Below are positions 46,510 through 57,275 of a stretch of 64,000 nucleotides of DNA, piece after piece. The position numbers were made by a program, and so were the translations under genes. Each line of letters starts with the position of its first letter. Within the stretch, counting starts at the first letter, position 1. Origin of the DNA: an uncultured Pseudomonadota bacterium (GTDB taxonomy: Bacteria > Pseudomonadota > Alphaproteobacteria > RF32 > CAG-239); assembly GCA_949292375.1 (NCBI GenBank), contig CASEZG010000001.1:131811-195810 (forward strand), read 5' to 3'. The notes beneath the pieces were generated by a model. The model saw only the letters and a program-made list of their open reading frames with translations, was not told the DNA's origin and searched no databases.

Positions 46510-48793
46510 TTATAGAACTTCGCGGCGGCCGACGTGGTCTGCGGCGGAGATGATGCCTTCTTCCTCCATCTTGTCTATCAGCGAAGCGGCACGGTTGTAT
46601 CCTATGCGGAGTTTGCGTTGGATGTAGCTGGTGGAAGCTTTTTTATCATTTTGAACGATGGCTACGGCTTGTGCATACAAGTCTTCATCTGAACCGGCGG
46701 CAAAGTCGCCTTTGTCAAAGACAGAGCCGCTATCTTTTTCAGATAATTCGCCTTCGGTTACACCGGAAACATATTCAGGTTCTCGCTGGGTCTTTAGGAA
46801 CTCAACGACTTTTTCGACCTCGCTATCCTTAACAAAAGAGCCGTGTACGCGAATCGGTCTTTGTCCGGCCGGCATATAAAGCATATCTCCCATACCGAGT
46901 AATTGTTCCGCGCCTTGTGATACGTGTCGGGAAGTTAGCTTTAATTGTACCGGTAATGACATCAACAGATGGTCTTTGGGTGGACATAATCAGGTGTAAG
47001 CCTGCGGCACGAGCCATTTGGGCTAAGCGTTGGATGGCGGCTTCAACATCTTTGCCGGCTACTAACATAAGGTCGGCCATTTCATCTACAACAATGACAA
47101 TGTAGGGCAAAGGTGTGAGGTCTAGTTCTTGTTTTTCAAAGATGGGTTTGCCGGTCTCAGCATCAAATCCGGTTTGAACGGTGCGTTCAATTTTTTCGCC
47201 ACTGGCTTTGAGTTCCTGAAGTTTTTGGTTATAGCCGGCGATATTGCGGACGTTGAGTTGCGCCATAGCGCGATAGCGGTCTTCCATTTCCTTAACCGCC
47301 TAGCGGTCTTCCATTTCCTTAACCGCCCATTTTAAACCAATAACGGCTTTGGCGGGATCGGTAATAACCGGTGTGAGCAAATGCGGAATGCCATTATACA
47401 TTGAGAACTCAAGCATTTTCGGGTCAATCATTATCAATTTGCATTCTTCAGGGCGCATACGATACAGAAGAGAAAGAATCATCGTGTTAACACCGACCGA
47501 TTTACCGGAACCGGTGGTACCTGCGACCAACAAGTGCGGCATTTTGGCGAGGTCAGCATAAACATTGCGGCCACCGATATCTTTGCCAAGAACAACATTT
47601 AAGGTGTTTTTGGTTTCGCGGAAAGCAGGGTCTTCAAGTAAGTCCTTGAACCATACGGTTTCGCGGTTTTTGTTTGGCATTTCGATACCAATCGTATTTG
47701 AACCGGGGACAACGGCGATACGGACAGAGACTGCAGACATAGAGCGTGCAATATCATCCGCTAAGCCGATAACGCGGGCAGTTTTGGTGCCGGGGGCGGG
47801 TTCTAATTCATATAAGGTTACGACCGGACCGGGACGGACTTTGACGATTTTACCGTTAACACCAAATTCTTGCAGAACATTTTCTAAATCGCGGGCGATG
47901 CTTTCAAGTTCTTTTTCGCTGATAAGATTGCCGCCTTTGTCTTTAGGGCGAGAAAGCAAGTTGACATCCGGATACATATAGCCATCATCAATATCTTTCT
48001 TTTTATTTGTTTTTGTTGCAGATTTATTCGAAGCAGCGGGAGCATCCTCTTTTTCACTTTTAACCTTAGGTTCTTTTCGCTCTTTGGGGGCTTTTTCTTT
48101 GCTTGGCTTGATGACAAGCTCATTGTTTTCTTCATCGGAATGCTTAAATTTGATTTTAGAAAGTCCCAAAGCGATGATGCGGAAGCAGAGGCGTAAAAAT
48201 TTCCATATATATATAGCTATGGTGCGAAAACCTCTGTACCATGTTTTATAAGTTATACCGACTGCAAAGTTGAAAGACAGCATAGTTAAGCAGAAGCTGA
48301 CAAAAAGCAGAATTTCGCGGCGGAAAGGGAAATTGAAAATGTTAGATGAATTCATGCTTAAAGATGCAAAAAGATGTCCGATGCTGCCGCCTAGTTTGTA
48401 TTGGCCAAAATATTCTGAAGGCAAGAGCCCTAAGAAAATAGCCAGAAACAGAGAGCCAAGGAAAAAAGCCATAATACGGGTGTAGGGGTGCAAAAACTCG
48501 CGGAGGCGGAGACAATTATAGCCCCAAGAAATTGGTGCAACTAAAAAGACGGCAAGAGAGATTCCCCAATAGGTTACGATAAAGTCAGCCAGTTTTGAGC
48601 CGAAAGAACCTAGATAATTGTTGATTTGTCTTGCTGTTGCTACGTTTGAGGAGGCGTCCATTGCATCATAACCAATAAGGCTGACAAAGGCAGCCAACGT
48701 AAAAGTGATGATGAATGCGCCAAACAAACGCCATAGTACTTTATTTAAAAAGCTTTTTTCTTTTTTCTTTGCTTTTTTTGCCATAATTTCCAC
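46510..48793 (-). pseudogene. ftsK: DNA translocase FtsK, interrupted in this sequence (in-frame TAG plus a frameshift)
   Basis: N-terminal TMs, [53 protein letters not shown] and gamma-domain GYNRAA are split over three ORFs. Confidence 0.85.
47274..47327. repeat. Perfect 27-bp tandem duplication inside ftsK
   Basis: tagcggtcttccatttccttaaccgcc occurs twice. Confidence 0.97.
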
Positions 48794-49027
48794 CTGAAAA
48801 TCGTCCGAAGTTGTGTTGATTTTAACAATAAATCATCAAGAAAATATTAATATTGCCGCTTAAATGTTGATTTATGCAGATGAGGGTTTTTGAGCAAAGC
48901 CAATGAGGGTCAAAGAAAGAGCCGAAAAGACAAAGAACCGAAAGGTTAAGAAATTTTAAAAACTTGACTTTTGTGCAGGAATCTTTAAACCTGAATGCGA
49001 TATTTTAATAATTTGAAGGTTTATTTA

Positions 49028-49972
49028 ATGAAATATGCATTTGTATTTCCCGGACAAGGCTCTCAGTTTGTCGGTATGGGAAAAGAACTGGCAGAAAATT
49101 TTAAGTCTGCTAAAGAGGTATTTCAGGAAGTTAACGACGCTCTTTCTCAAGATTTGTTTAAGCTGATGTTGGAAGGTCCGGAAAACGAACTTACACTAAC
49201 GGCTAATGCTCAACCGGCTTTGATGGCTAATTCAATGGCTGTTGTTCGGGTGTTGGAGAAAGATTTTGGCGTTAATCTCAAAGACAAGGTTTCATTTGTG
49301 GCAGGACATTCGCTCGGTGAGTATTCCGCAGCTTGTGCCGCCGGTGTATTTTCTTTGGAAGATACGGCAAAATTGTTGCGTATCCGCGGTGATGCCATGC
49401 AGAAAGCCGTGCCGGTCGGGGTTGGCGGAATGGCTGCAGTGATGGGCGTTTCGTTTCAAGATGTTCAGGCTTTGGCTGAGGCTTGCGCCGATGAAGAAAA
49501 TGTTTGTGTGGCTGCTAATGATAATGCCGATGGTCAAGTGGTGTTGTCCGGACATTTGAAAGCAATTGAGAAAGCGGTTGAGATTGCTTCTGAGTTTGGT
49601 GCTAAAAGATGTATCAAACTTCCGGTCAGCGCGCCGTTCCACAGCCCGTTGATGCAGCCGGCCGCCGAGGTTATGGCTCGGGCTTTGATGCAGGTTGAAG
49701 CTCATGATGCTCAGATTCCGTTGATTGCCAATGTGTTGGCTTCTGCTATCAGTGACCATAAGGAAATTGTTAAGCATTTGGTCGAGCAGGTTACAGGTTC
49801 GGTTCGGTGGCGCGAAAGCGTTATTTATATGAAAGAACAAGGTGTTACGGATGTTGCTGAGCTTGGTGCCGGTAAGGTTTTGATCAATATTATTAAGAGA
49901 AGCGATAAAGAAATGAATGCTTTTTCTGTCGGAACAGCAGCTGAAATTGAAGAATTGGCTAAGAATTTATAA
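49028..49972 (+). CDS. fabD: Malonyl-CoA:ACP transacylase
   Basis: FPGQGSQ, GHSLGEY and VSAPFHS. Confidence 0.96.
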   Translation: MKYAFVFPGQGSQFVGMGKELAENFKSAKEVFQEVNDALSQDLFKLMLEGPENELTLTANAQPALMANSMAVVRVLEKDFGVNLKDKVSFVAGHSLGEYSAACAAGVFSLEDTAKLLRIRGDAMQKAVPVGVGGMAAVMGVSFQDVQALAEACADEENVCVAANDNADGQVVLSGHLKAIEKAVEIASEFGAKRCIKLPVSAPFHSPLMQPAAEVMARALMQVEAHDAQIPLIANVLASAISDHKEIVKHLVEQVTGSVRWRESVIYMKEQGVTDVAELGAGKVLINIIKRSDKEMNAFSVGTAAEIEELAKNL

Positions 49973-49984
49973 GGAGACAATAAT

Positions 49985-50722
49985 ATGTTTGAATTGCATG
50001 ATAAAGTAGCTCTTATTACCGGTGCTGCCGGCGGTTTGGGTGATAAAATTGCTCGTACTTTGCATAAGCAGGGTGCAACTTTGGCTTTGACCGATATGCG
50101 TGAAGAACCGATGCTCAAACTCAAAGAAGAATTGGGTGACCGCGTTGAGGTTTTCACCGCTAATTTGACCAATGCTGATGATGTTAAGAATTTGGTTGCT
50201 AATGTTGAGGCTAAATTGGGTCGTATTGATATTTTGGTTAACAACGCCGGTTTGACCCGTGATAATTTGTTTATGCGTATGAGCGATGAAGATTGGCAAT
50301 TGGTTTTGGATGTTAACCTTTCTGCCGGATTTAAGCTGGCTAAGGCTGCCGTTCGCGGTATGATGAAACGTCGTTTCGGTCGTATTATCGGTATTGCTTC
50401 CGTTGTCGGTGTTACGGGTAATGCCGGACAAGCTAACTATTCTGCTTCCAAAGCAGGTATGATTGCTATGAACAAGTGCTTGGCTCAGGAAGTAGGTTCT
50501 CGCGGTATTACGGTTAACTCTATTGCACCGGGCTTTATCAGAACCCCGATGACTGATGTTTTGCCGGATGATGTTAAGGCTGCTTTGTTGGCAAAGATTC
50601 CGGAAGGAAAACTCGGTGAGGCTCAGGATATTGCTAATGTGGTTGCATTCCTCGCTTCTGATGAGGCTCAGTATATTACCGGTCAGACAATCAATATCAA
50701 TGGTGGTATGGCTATGATTTAA
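49985..50722 (+). CDS. fabG: 3-oxoacyl-ACP reductase
   Basis: LVNNAGLTRDNL, GNAGQANYSASK and YITGQTININGG. Confidence 0.96.
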   Translation: MFELHDKVALITGAAGGLGDKIARTLHKQGATLALTDMREEPMLKLKEELGDRVEVFTANLTNADDVKNLVANVEAKLGRIDILVNNAGLTRDNLFMRMSDEDWQLVLDVNLSAGFKLAKAAVRGMMKRRFGRIIGIASVVGVTGNAGQANYSASKAGMIAMNKCLAQEVGSRGITVNSIAPGFIRTPMTDVLPDDVKAALLAKIPEGKLGEAQDIANVVAFLASDEAQYITGQTININGGMAMI

Positions 50723-50741
50723 GCCTGATAAGGTTTAGAAG

Positions 50742-50773
50742 AAAAGACCGCTCGTTATTCGGGCGGTTTTTTT
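50742..50773 (+). terminator. Terminator after fabG
   Basis: gaccgctcg-ttatt-cgggcggtt followed by a T tract. Confidence 0.8.
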
Positions 50774-50849
50774 GTAAAAAGATGAAAAAATGCTGGATTT
50801 TTTCTGAACTTGTGTTATATGTATTGACAATATCAGGAAAAATTATTGG

Positions 50850-50877
50850 AAAGTGGGGTCAAAAACCCCGCTTTTTT
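50850..50877 (+). promoter_or_regulatory. Terminator-like attenuator in the rimP-nusA leader
   Basis: aagtggggt-caaaa-accccgctt-tttt directly before the rimP RBS, at the position of the known NusA-responsive leader. Confidence 0.6.
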
Positions 50878-50889
50878 GTTAAGGAAAAA

Positions 50890-51396
50890 ATGATGCAGAA
50901 TAAGCACCCATTGGAGAATATGCTTACGCCGGTCATTAATCAGCTTGGTTTTGACGTGGTTCGTATTTTGACAATCGGTCAGAAGAATCCGACATTGCAG
51001 ATTATGATTGAGCGCAAGGACCGTACGGATATCGTTGTGGATGATTGCGCAACGGTTAGTCGCGCGGTTTCGGAAGTTTTGGATGAAAAAGACCCCATTA
51101 AAGACCAATATAATTTGGAGGTTAGTTCTCCGGGGTTGGATCGTCCTTTGACCAAGGCAGAGCATTTTCAACGTTTTGCCGGTTATGAGGCAAAGATTGA
51201 AACCTCGGTAGAGGTGGATACGCGCAAACGTTTTAAGGGGAGAATCCTCTCTTTGGATGACAAAGAAAATATTCATTTTGATATGGACGGTAAAGAATGG
51301 ATTATTCCGTTTGAGGCTGTTTCTAAAGCAAAATTATTGATTACTGATGAACTTTTGGCAAAATATGCCGAAAATCATCCTGAAATTGAACTTTAA
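50890..51396 (+). CDS. rimP: Ribosome maturation factor RimP
   Basis: LQIMIER, DDCATVSR and LEVSSPGLDRPL. Confidence 0.95.
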   Translation: MMQNKHPLENMLTPVINQLGFDVVRILTIGQKNPTLQIMIERKDRTDIVVDDCATVSRAVSEVLDEKDPIKDQYNLEVSSPGLDRPLTKAEHFQRFAGYEAKIETSVEVDTRKRFKGRILSLDDKENIHFDMDGKEWIIPFEAVSKAKLLITDELLAKYAENHPEIEL

Positions 51397-51423
51397 TTCT
51401 AACGACTTATGTAAGAGGACAAA

Positions 51424-52941
51424 ATGCAAAATATTGAAAATATGCCCAGACCTGAAATTATTCTTGTGGCTGATACGGTTGCCAGAGAAAAAAATATTGA
51501 TAAGGAAGACGTATTTACCGCTATGGAAGTAGCTATTCAGAAAGCTGGTCGTTCAAAATATGGTTTTGAACATGATATCAGAGCTAATATTGACCGCAAA
51601 ACAGGTGCTATTTCGTTGGCTCGTTATCGTGAAGTGGTTGAGGGTCCGGAGAATGTTGAAAACGAAGTCACCCAGCTCGCTCTGGAAGATGCCAAAATGT
51701 ATGATGCAAATGCAAAAGTCGGTGATTTTATTATTGATCAGTTGCCTCCGATTGATTTCGGGCGTATTGCAGCTCAAACAGCCAAGCAGGTTATTGTGCA
51801 GAAAGTTCGTGATGCAGAACGTAACAAGCAATATGAGGAATATAAGGAAAAAATCGGTACGATTGTTAATGGTACAATCAAAAGAATTGAGTTCGGTAAT
51901 GTAATCTTGGATATTGGTAAAACGGAAGCTATTTTGCGCCGTGATGAAATTATTCCGCGGGAGAAGTTTAAAAACGGCGACCGTATTCGTGCGTATGTTT
52001 TGGATGTTCGTCGCGAAAATAAAGGGCCGCAAATCTTTCTTTCTCGTACTTGTCCGGAATTTATGGCTAAATTGTTTACGCAAGAAGTTCCCGAGATTTA
52101 TGACGGTATTGTCAAAATTATGGGTGTGGCTCGTGATCCGGGTTCTAAGGCCAAGATTGCAGTTAAGACAGATGATATGACGATTGATCCGGTTGGCGCA
52201 TGCGTTGGTTTGCGCGGTATTCGTGTTCAAGCTGTCGTTACGGAGTTGCAAGGTGAGAAAATTGATATTGTTCCTTATTCTGAAGATAAGGCTCAATATA
52301 TTGTAAGTGCTTTGGCTCCGGCTGAGGTTACCAAGGTTGTTTTGGATGAAGAAAACAATCGTATTGAGGCTGTTGTTCCGCAAGAACAATTCTCTTTGGC
52401 AATAGGTCGTCGTGGTCAGAATGTTAAATTAGCATCTCAGTTGTTGGGTTGTGATATTGATGTCTTGACCGAGGAGCAAGAGCAAGAACGTCGTTCAAAT
52501 GAGAACAAGGTTCGTTCACAACGCTTTATGGAAGCTTTGGATGTTGATGAGATGATTGCTCATTTGTTGATTGCCGAAGGTTTCTCAACCGTTGATGAAG
52601 TTGCTATGGTTTCTTTGAACGAGCTTGCAGAAATTGAAGGCTTTGATGAAGATGTTGCCGCAGAACTGCAGAAACGCGCCAAAGACTTTGTCGCTAAACG
52701 TAATGAAGAATTTGCCGAAAAGAGCAAAAATCTTGGTATTGATGAGCAGCTCAAGACAATCGAAGGTTTGGATCAGGATATGATTTTGACTTTGGCAGAC
52801 AAAGGTGTTAAAACTTTGGATGATTTGGCTGATTTGGCTGCCGATGAGTTGATAGAAATGCTCGGAGAAAATGTTCTCTCAGAGGTTGAGGCAAATAAGA
52901 TTATTATGAAAGCCAGAGAGCACTGGTTCTCAGAAGAATAG
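51424..52941 (+). CDS. nusA: Transcription factor NusA
   Basis: FGRIAAQTAKQV, ARDPGSKAK, DPVGACVG and SLAIGRRGQNV. Confidence 0.97.
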   Translation: MQNIENMPRPEIILVADTVAREKNIDKEDVFTAMEVAIQKAGRSKYGFEHDIRANIDRKTGAISLARYREVVEGPENVENEVTQLALEDAKMYDANAKVGDFIIDQLPPIDFGRIAAQTAKQVIVQKVRDAERNKQYEEYKEKIGTIVNGTIKRIEFGNVILDIGKTEAILRRDEIIPREKFKNGDRIRAYVLDVRRENKGPQIFLSRTCPEFMAKLFTQEVPEIYDGIVKIMGVARDPGSKAKIAVKTDDMTIDPVGACVGLRGIRVQAVVTELQGEKIDIVPYSEDKAQYIVSALAPAEVTKVVLDEENNRIEAVVPQEQFSLAIGRRGQNVKLASQLLGCDIDVLTEEQEQERRSNENKVRSQRFMEALDVDEMIAHLLIAEGFSTVDEVAMVSLNELAEIEGFDEDVAAELQKRAKDFVAKRNEEFAEKSKNLGIDEQLKTIEGLDQDMILTLADKGVKTLDDLADLAADELIEMLGENVLSEVEANKIIMKAREHWFSEE

Positions 52942-53026
52942 ATTTTGTGGAAGAAGAGATGATTTTCGGGGCGAGGATTTATGTATTAATTTTATTGCTC
53001 CGGAAATCTCTCTATCCTTATAATCT
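52940..53026 (+). other. Long imperfect intergenic hairpin
   Basis: gattttcggggcga/ttgctccggaaatc 14-bp core with G-U pairs on +, closed by agatt/aatct. Confidence 0.55.
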
Positions 53027-53048
53027 TGAGATTTTGGGTTGAAAGAAA

Positions 53049-53621
53049 ATGAAACAAGAAACAGAAAATCGGAAATGCATTGTTTGCGGTGAAGTGAAAG
53101 AAAAAGAGCAATTGTTGCGCTTTACTTTGACGCCGGATAATCAGATTGTTCCAGATTTTAAGAAAAAATTGCCGGGAAAAGGGATTTATGTTTCTGTTTC
53201 TAAAGCGGCTTTGCTGAAAGCGATTGAGAAAAATTTGTTTGCAAAAGCTGTGAAAAAAAATGTTAAAGTTAGTGCAGATTTGGTGCAAACCGTGGAAAAT
53301 ATTCTTAAAAAAAAGGGTTTGGAATCAATATGTTTGGCTAAAAAAGCCGGAGATTTAATTACCGGTTTTGAAAAAGTGAGCGAAAAACTTAAGTATGGCA
53401 AAATTGCTTTTTTGATTGAGGCGGTTGATGCCGGTGCTGACGGACACCAGAAGATAGTTTCTGTTGCCAAAGGTTTGGATGTTTTTGCTCTGTATAGTGT
53501 TGAGGAGTTAGATAAGGCATTAGATAAAGTTAATACAGTTCATGCAGCTTTGCTGAAAGGTGATATGGCAAGTTTGGCTCATAGGGATTTGATGCGGTTG
53601 CAAAGTTTTTTGAATGCTTAA
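53049..53621 (+). CDS. YlxR(DUF448)-L7Ae fusion RNA-binding protein
   Basis: RKCIVCG...LLRF...KLPGKGIYV plus [14 protein letters not shown]; between nusA and infB. Confidence 0.9.
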   Translation: MKQETENRKCIVCGEVKEKEQLLRFTLTPDNQIVPDFKKKLPGKGIYVSVSKAALLKAIEKNLFAKAVKKNVKVSADLVQTVENILKKKGLESICLAKKAGDLITGFEKVSEKLKYGKIAFLIEAVDAGADGHQKIVSVAKGLDVFALYSVEELDKALDKVNTVHAALLKGDMASLAHRDLMRLQSFLNA

Positions 53622-53652
53622 GATTTTGAAAAAATATGGAGATATAAACGGA

Positions 53653-56124
53653 ATGACACAAGATAATGCAAATGGTAAACTAACATTATCAGGCAAATCA
53701 ACTCTTACACTTAAAAATTTGGGTGATGCTTCTAAGGCTCATAACCATGATGGGAAAAAATTTGTTCAAGTTGAGGTGCGGAAAAAAAGAATTATAAATC
53801 CGACGCCGCAAACAGAACAAAAAGTTGAGATTGATGAGGTTACGGCTCAGAAGTTGAAACTTATTGCTGAGGCAAAAGAGCATGAAGCTCGTCGCCGTCA
53901 GGAGGAAGAAGAACGCGAGAAGGAACGTGCTCTGCAGAGAGAAAAGGAAGAGCAAGAGCGTTTGCAGAAAGAGAAGGAAGAGGCCGAACGCAAAAAAGCA
54001 GAGGCTGAGGAGCAGGCAAGAGCTGAACTCAAGGAAGAAATTGTTGCCGAAGAAAAGTTTAAAGCTAAAAAGTCTAAAGATTATGACGAAGATGACGACG
54101 ATGAGGATGATGAAGAGGAATATCGCGGTAAAAAGTTTAAGAAAGCGTCTTCTGAAAAGCCGTTAACTCGTGAGGAAACTTTTGAGCAAGAACGCAAAAA
54201 GATTATGAAGCGCAGCTTTGAACCGCAACGCCGCGGCGGAAAAGTTAATCTGCATAATATTGGTTCGGTTGATGACGACGATGATGATTATGGCTTTGGT
54301 GCGCCAAGACGTCGGTTTAAGAAAAAACAACCCAAACCTGTTCAGCCGCAACAACCGCAAGAGAAAATTATTAAAGATGTGGTTGTTCCTGAGATTATTA
54401 CGGTTCAGGAATTGGCTAACCGTATGGCAGAAAAGAGCGCGGATGTTATTAAGAAGTTAATGTCTTTGGGCGTTATGGCCACTATTAACCAACCAATAGA
54501 CGGAGATACTGCGCAAATTGTGGTTGAGGAAATGGGGCATCGAGTTAAACGTGTGGCAGATAGCGATGTAGAGCAGGGCTTGAAGGGTGAAGAAGATAAG
54601 CAAGAAGATATGAAACCCAGAGCTCCTGTAGTTACGGTTATGGGACACGTTGACCATGGTAAGACCTCTTTGTTGGATGCTTTGCGCGAAACAAACGTTG
54701 CTTCTCATGAGGCAGGAGGTATTACGCAGCATATCGGTGCATATCAGATTACGGTTAAAACCGGAGATAAAATTACATTTATTGATACTCCGGGACACGA
54801 GGCATTTTCTGAGATGCGTGCACGTGGTGCGAAAGTTACGGATATTGTGGTCTTGGTTGTTGCTGCAAATGATGGAATTATGCCGCAGACCGTTGAGGCT
54901 ATTCGTCATGCTCAGGCTGCGGAAGTGCCAATTGTTGTTGCAATTAATAAGATTGACTTGCCCGGAGCTGATCCGATGAAGGTTAAAACCTCGTTATTGC
55001 AGCACGGAATTGCTGTTGAAGAGCTTGGCGGTGAGTGTCTGTGTGCCGAAGTTTCAGCAAAAAAACGTATTAATATTGATAAGTTGGTTGAAGCTATTTT
55101 GCTGCAAGCAGAGATTTTGGATTTGAAAGCTAATCCGAATCGCAAGGCAGAAGGTGCTGTTATTGAAGCCAAAATGGAAAAAGGTCGTGGTTCTGTTGCG
55201 ACTGTTTTGGTTCAGAAAGGTACGCTTCATGTCGGTGATATTGTTATTGCCGGTAAGGAGTGGGGACGTGTTCGCGCTATGTTTAATGAAATGGGTAAGA
55301 AGATGTCTGAAGCAGCTCCCGCCACGCCTGTTGAGGTTTTGGGATTGCAAGGAACTCCGGCTGCCGGTGATGACTTTATTGTTGTTGCTGATGAAAACCA
55401 AGCTAAAGAAGTTACGGGATATCGTATCCGCAAAGAACGTGACGCCAAGCTGGTTAAGAGTGCGAAATCGGCTATGGAGCAGATGCTTGATAAAATTAAG
55501 TCCGGCGAGGTTAAGCATTTGCCGGTTATTATCAAAGCTGATGTTCAGGGTTCTATTGAGGCTATTGAAGGTACGATTACCAAGCTCTCTAACGATGAAG
55601 TAAGTGTTCAGATATTGCACTCTGCTGTCGGTCCGATTTCGGATTCTGATGTTACTTTGGCCAAAGCATCTAATGCCTTTATTATCGGCTTTAATGTTCG
55701 TGCTATTCCGCATGCCAGAGATATGGCGCGTCAAGATGGGGTAGATATTCGCTACTACTCAATTATTTATGATGTGGCTGATGATATTAAGAAGGCTTTG
55801 GAAGGTATGCTTTCTCCTGAACTCAAAGAGAAGATTTTGGGTTATGCAGAAATTCGAAATGTCTTTAATATTACCGGTGTCGGTAAGGTTGCCGGTTGTA
55901 TGGTTACCGAAGGTTTGGTTAAACGTGGTGCTAAGGTCAGATTGCTGCGTGATAATGTGGTTATTCATGACGGTGCGCTTGGACAGCTTAAACGCTTTAA
56001 AGATGACGTTAAGGAAGTCAAAGACGGTTATGAGTGTGGTATGAGTTTTGAAAACTATAACGACATTCAGGTTGGCGACTTTATTGAATGTTATGAAATA
56101 GAATCTATTGCGGCTAAGCTCTAG
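53653..56124 (+). CDS. infB: Translation initiation factor IF-2
   Basis: [34 protein letters not shown] and LKRFKDDV. Confidence 0.97.
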   Translation: MTQDNANGKLTLSGKSTLTLKNLGDASKAHNHDGKKFVQVEVRKKRIINPTPQTEQKVEIDEVTAQKLKLIAEAKEHEARRRQEEEEREKERALQREKEEQERLQKEKEEAERKKAEAEEQARAELKEEIVAEEKFKAKKSKDYDEDDDDEDDEEEYRGKKFKKASSEKPLTREETFEQERKKIMKRSFEPQRRGGKVNLHNIGSVDDDDDDYGFGAPRRRFKKKQPKPVQPQQPQEKIIKDVVVPEIITVQELANRMAEKSADVIKKLMSLGVMATINQPIDGDTAQIVVEEMGHRVKRVADSDVEQGLKGEEDKQEDMKPRAPVVTVMGHVDHGKTSLLDALRETNVASHEAGGITQHIGAYQITVKTGDKITFIDTPGHEAFSEMRARGAKVTDIVVLVVAANDGIMPQTVEAIRHAQAAEVPIVVAINKIDLPGADPMKVKTSLLQHGIAVEELGGECLCAEVSAKKRINIDKLVEAILLQAEILDLKANPNRKAEGAVIEAKMEKGRGSVATVLVQKGTLHVGDIVIAGKEWGRVRAMFNEMGKKMSEAAPATPVEVLGLQGTPAAGDDFIVVADENQAKEVTGYRIRKERDAKLVKSAKSAMEQMLDKIKSGEVKHLPVIIKADVQGSIEAIEGTITKLSNDEVSVQILHSAVGPISDSDVTLAKASNAFIIGFNVRAIPHARDMARQDGVDIRYYSIIYDVADDIKKALEGMLSPELKEKILGYAEIRNVFNITGVGKVAGCMVTEGLVKRGAKVRLLRDNVVIHDGALGQLKRFKDDVKEVKDGYECGMSFENYNDIQVGDFIECYEIESIAAKL

Positions 56125-56146
56125 GTGATTTGAAAGGATAAAAGTT

Positions 56147-56527
56147 ATGGCTGATAAAGAACCTTCACAAAGACAACTTCGTGTCGGACAGGAGATTAAG
56201 AAAATTTTGGCCGGAGAGATTGAGCGCGGATTGGTGCGTAATCTGGAAGGAATTGATGCTCTTGTTACGATTATGGAAGTTCGGGTTGCGCCGGATTTGA
56301 AATATGCCAATGTATATTTCATCACCTCCGTTAATGAAAAGAATGAGGAAGTGCGTGAGGCTTTGCAATTGGCGGCTAATCATTTTCGCAAACTTATAGG
56401 TGCAAGAATGGAACTGCGTTATGCGCCGGAGCTAAACTTTAGAATTGATACAAGTTTTGCCGAAGTGGCGAAGATGGAGCGTTTGTTGAGAGACCCCAAA
56501 GTTGCGCAGGATTTGAAAAAAGCATAA
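56147..56527 (+). CDS. rbfA: Ribosome-binding factor A
   Basis: RQLRVGQEI, VAPDLKYA and LRYAPELNFRID. Confidence 0.95.
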   Translation: MADKEPSQRQLRVGQEIKKILAGEIERGLVRNLEGIDALVTIMEVRVAPDLKYANVYFITSVNEKNEEVREALQLAANHFRKLIGARMELRYAPELNFRIDTSFAEVAKMERLLRDPKVAQDLKKA

Positions 56528-56533
56528 AAGAAA

Positions 56534-56566
56534 AGGGCAGCTTTCTAGAAGTTGCCCTAATTTTTT
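56534..56566 (+). terminator. Terminator after rbfA
   Basis: agggcagcttt-cta-gaagttgccct followed by a T tract. Confidence 0.7.
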
Positions 56567-56626
56567 GTCTAGTAAAATAAAAAAATTGTGATATAAAGCA
56601 AATTTGTTTTTTATAAATTTTATTAT

Positions 56627-57172
56627 ATGGATGTATTATTTGATAAGAGCAAATCTGAAGAAAGTAAGGTTTGTAACAAAGTGAGTCCCAGAATTTTTGA
56701 TTGGGAAGTTGTTGAACGCTATGAGGGTTTGGTCGTTGATCGAAACGGAGCAAATACTAAGTTGGTACTCTATGATGAGCTCGCTAAGAAAAAGACTGTA
56801 GTTATTGACAGTATTTTGCAACAAGATTTGCTGATTACGGCTCAAGATGCTACGACGGTTTGGACCTTTATTCGGTGTAATGGATTGTTTTTGCACATTA
56901 AACCTACATGTGTGATTCAGTATGTCGATGGCTTTCATTTTGAGGTATATGAGTATGCCAAAGGTGTGGTTGTTTATTTCTTTAATTCGGAAGGAAAAAT
57001 AACCAGCCGCAAACTTTTTGATTCAGGTTACAAGAAAAATGGTCACTGGTTTTTTGAAAATGAGGTGGCAGTTTATCGTGTAACGATGAAAGATGAACCA
57101 ATGCGTTTGAGTGTTATTTTTTACAAACATCAGCCGCGTGGACATTGGTATTGGCCATTCTGGAAGTTTTGA
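56627..57172 (+). CDS. Orphan hypothetical protein inserted between rbfA and truB
   Basis: 181-aa ORF flanked by terminators; beta-rich; no family recognised. Confidence 0.7.
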   Translation: MDVLFDKSKSEESKVCNKVSPRIFDWEVVERYEGLVVDRNGANTKLVLYDELAKKKTVVIDSILQQDLLITAQDATTVWTFIRCNGLFLHIKPTCVIQYVDGFHFEVYEYAKGVVVYFFNSEGKITSRKLFDSGYKKNGHWFFENEVAVYRVTMKDEPMRLSVIFYKHQPRGHWYWPFWKF

Positions 57173-57186
57173 GAAATTTAAAAGCG

Positions 57187-57223
57187 AAGCTTCGTATCTT
57201 TTAAGATACGGAGCTTTTCTTTT
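57187..57223 (+). terminator. Terminator after the orphan ORF
   Basis: gaagcttcgtatct-ttta-agatacggagcttt-tctttt. Confidence 0.75.
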
Positions 57224-57275
57224 GACAAGATAAGAAATTCTGCGTAATCTTTGAAAAAAATATAGGAAAAGTAAT

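Noticed and set aside
47300-47302. Programmed amber readthrough or recoding in ftsK
   Set aside because: The TAG is created by the duplication junction, TAG is a normal stop in many genes here, and a separate downstream frameshift would remain.
54085-54290. GAT/GAC-rich microrepeats in infB
   Set aside because: They encode acidic tracts in the variable IF-2 N-terminus and are not a separate element.
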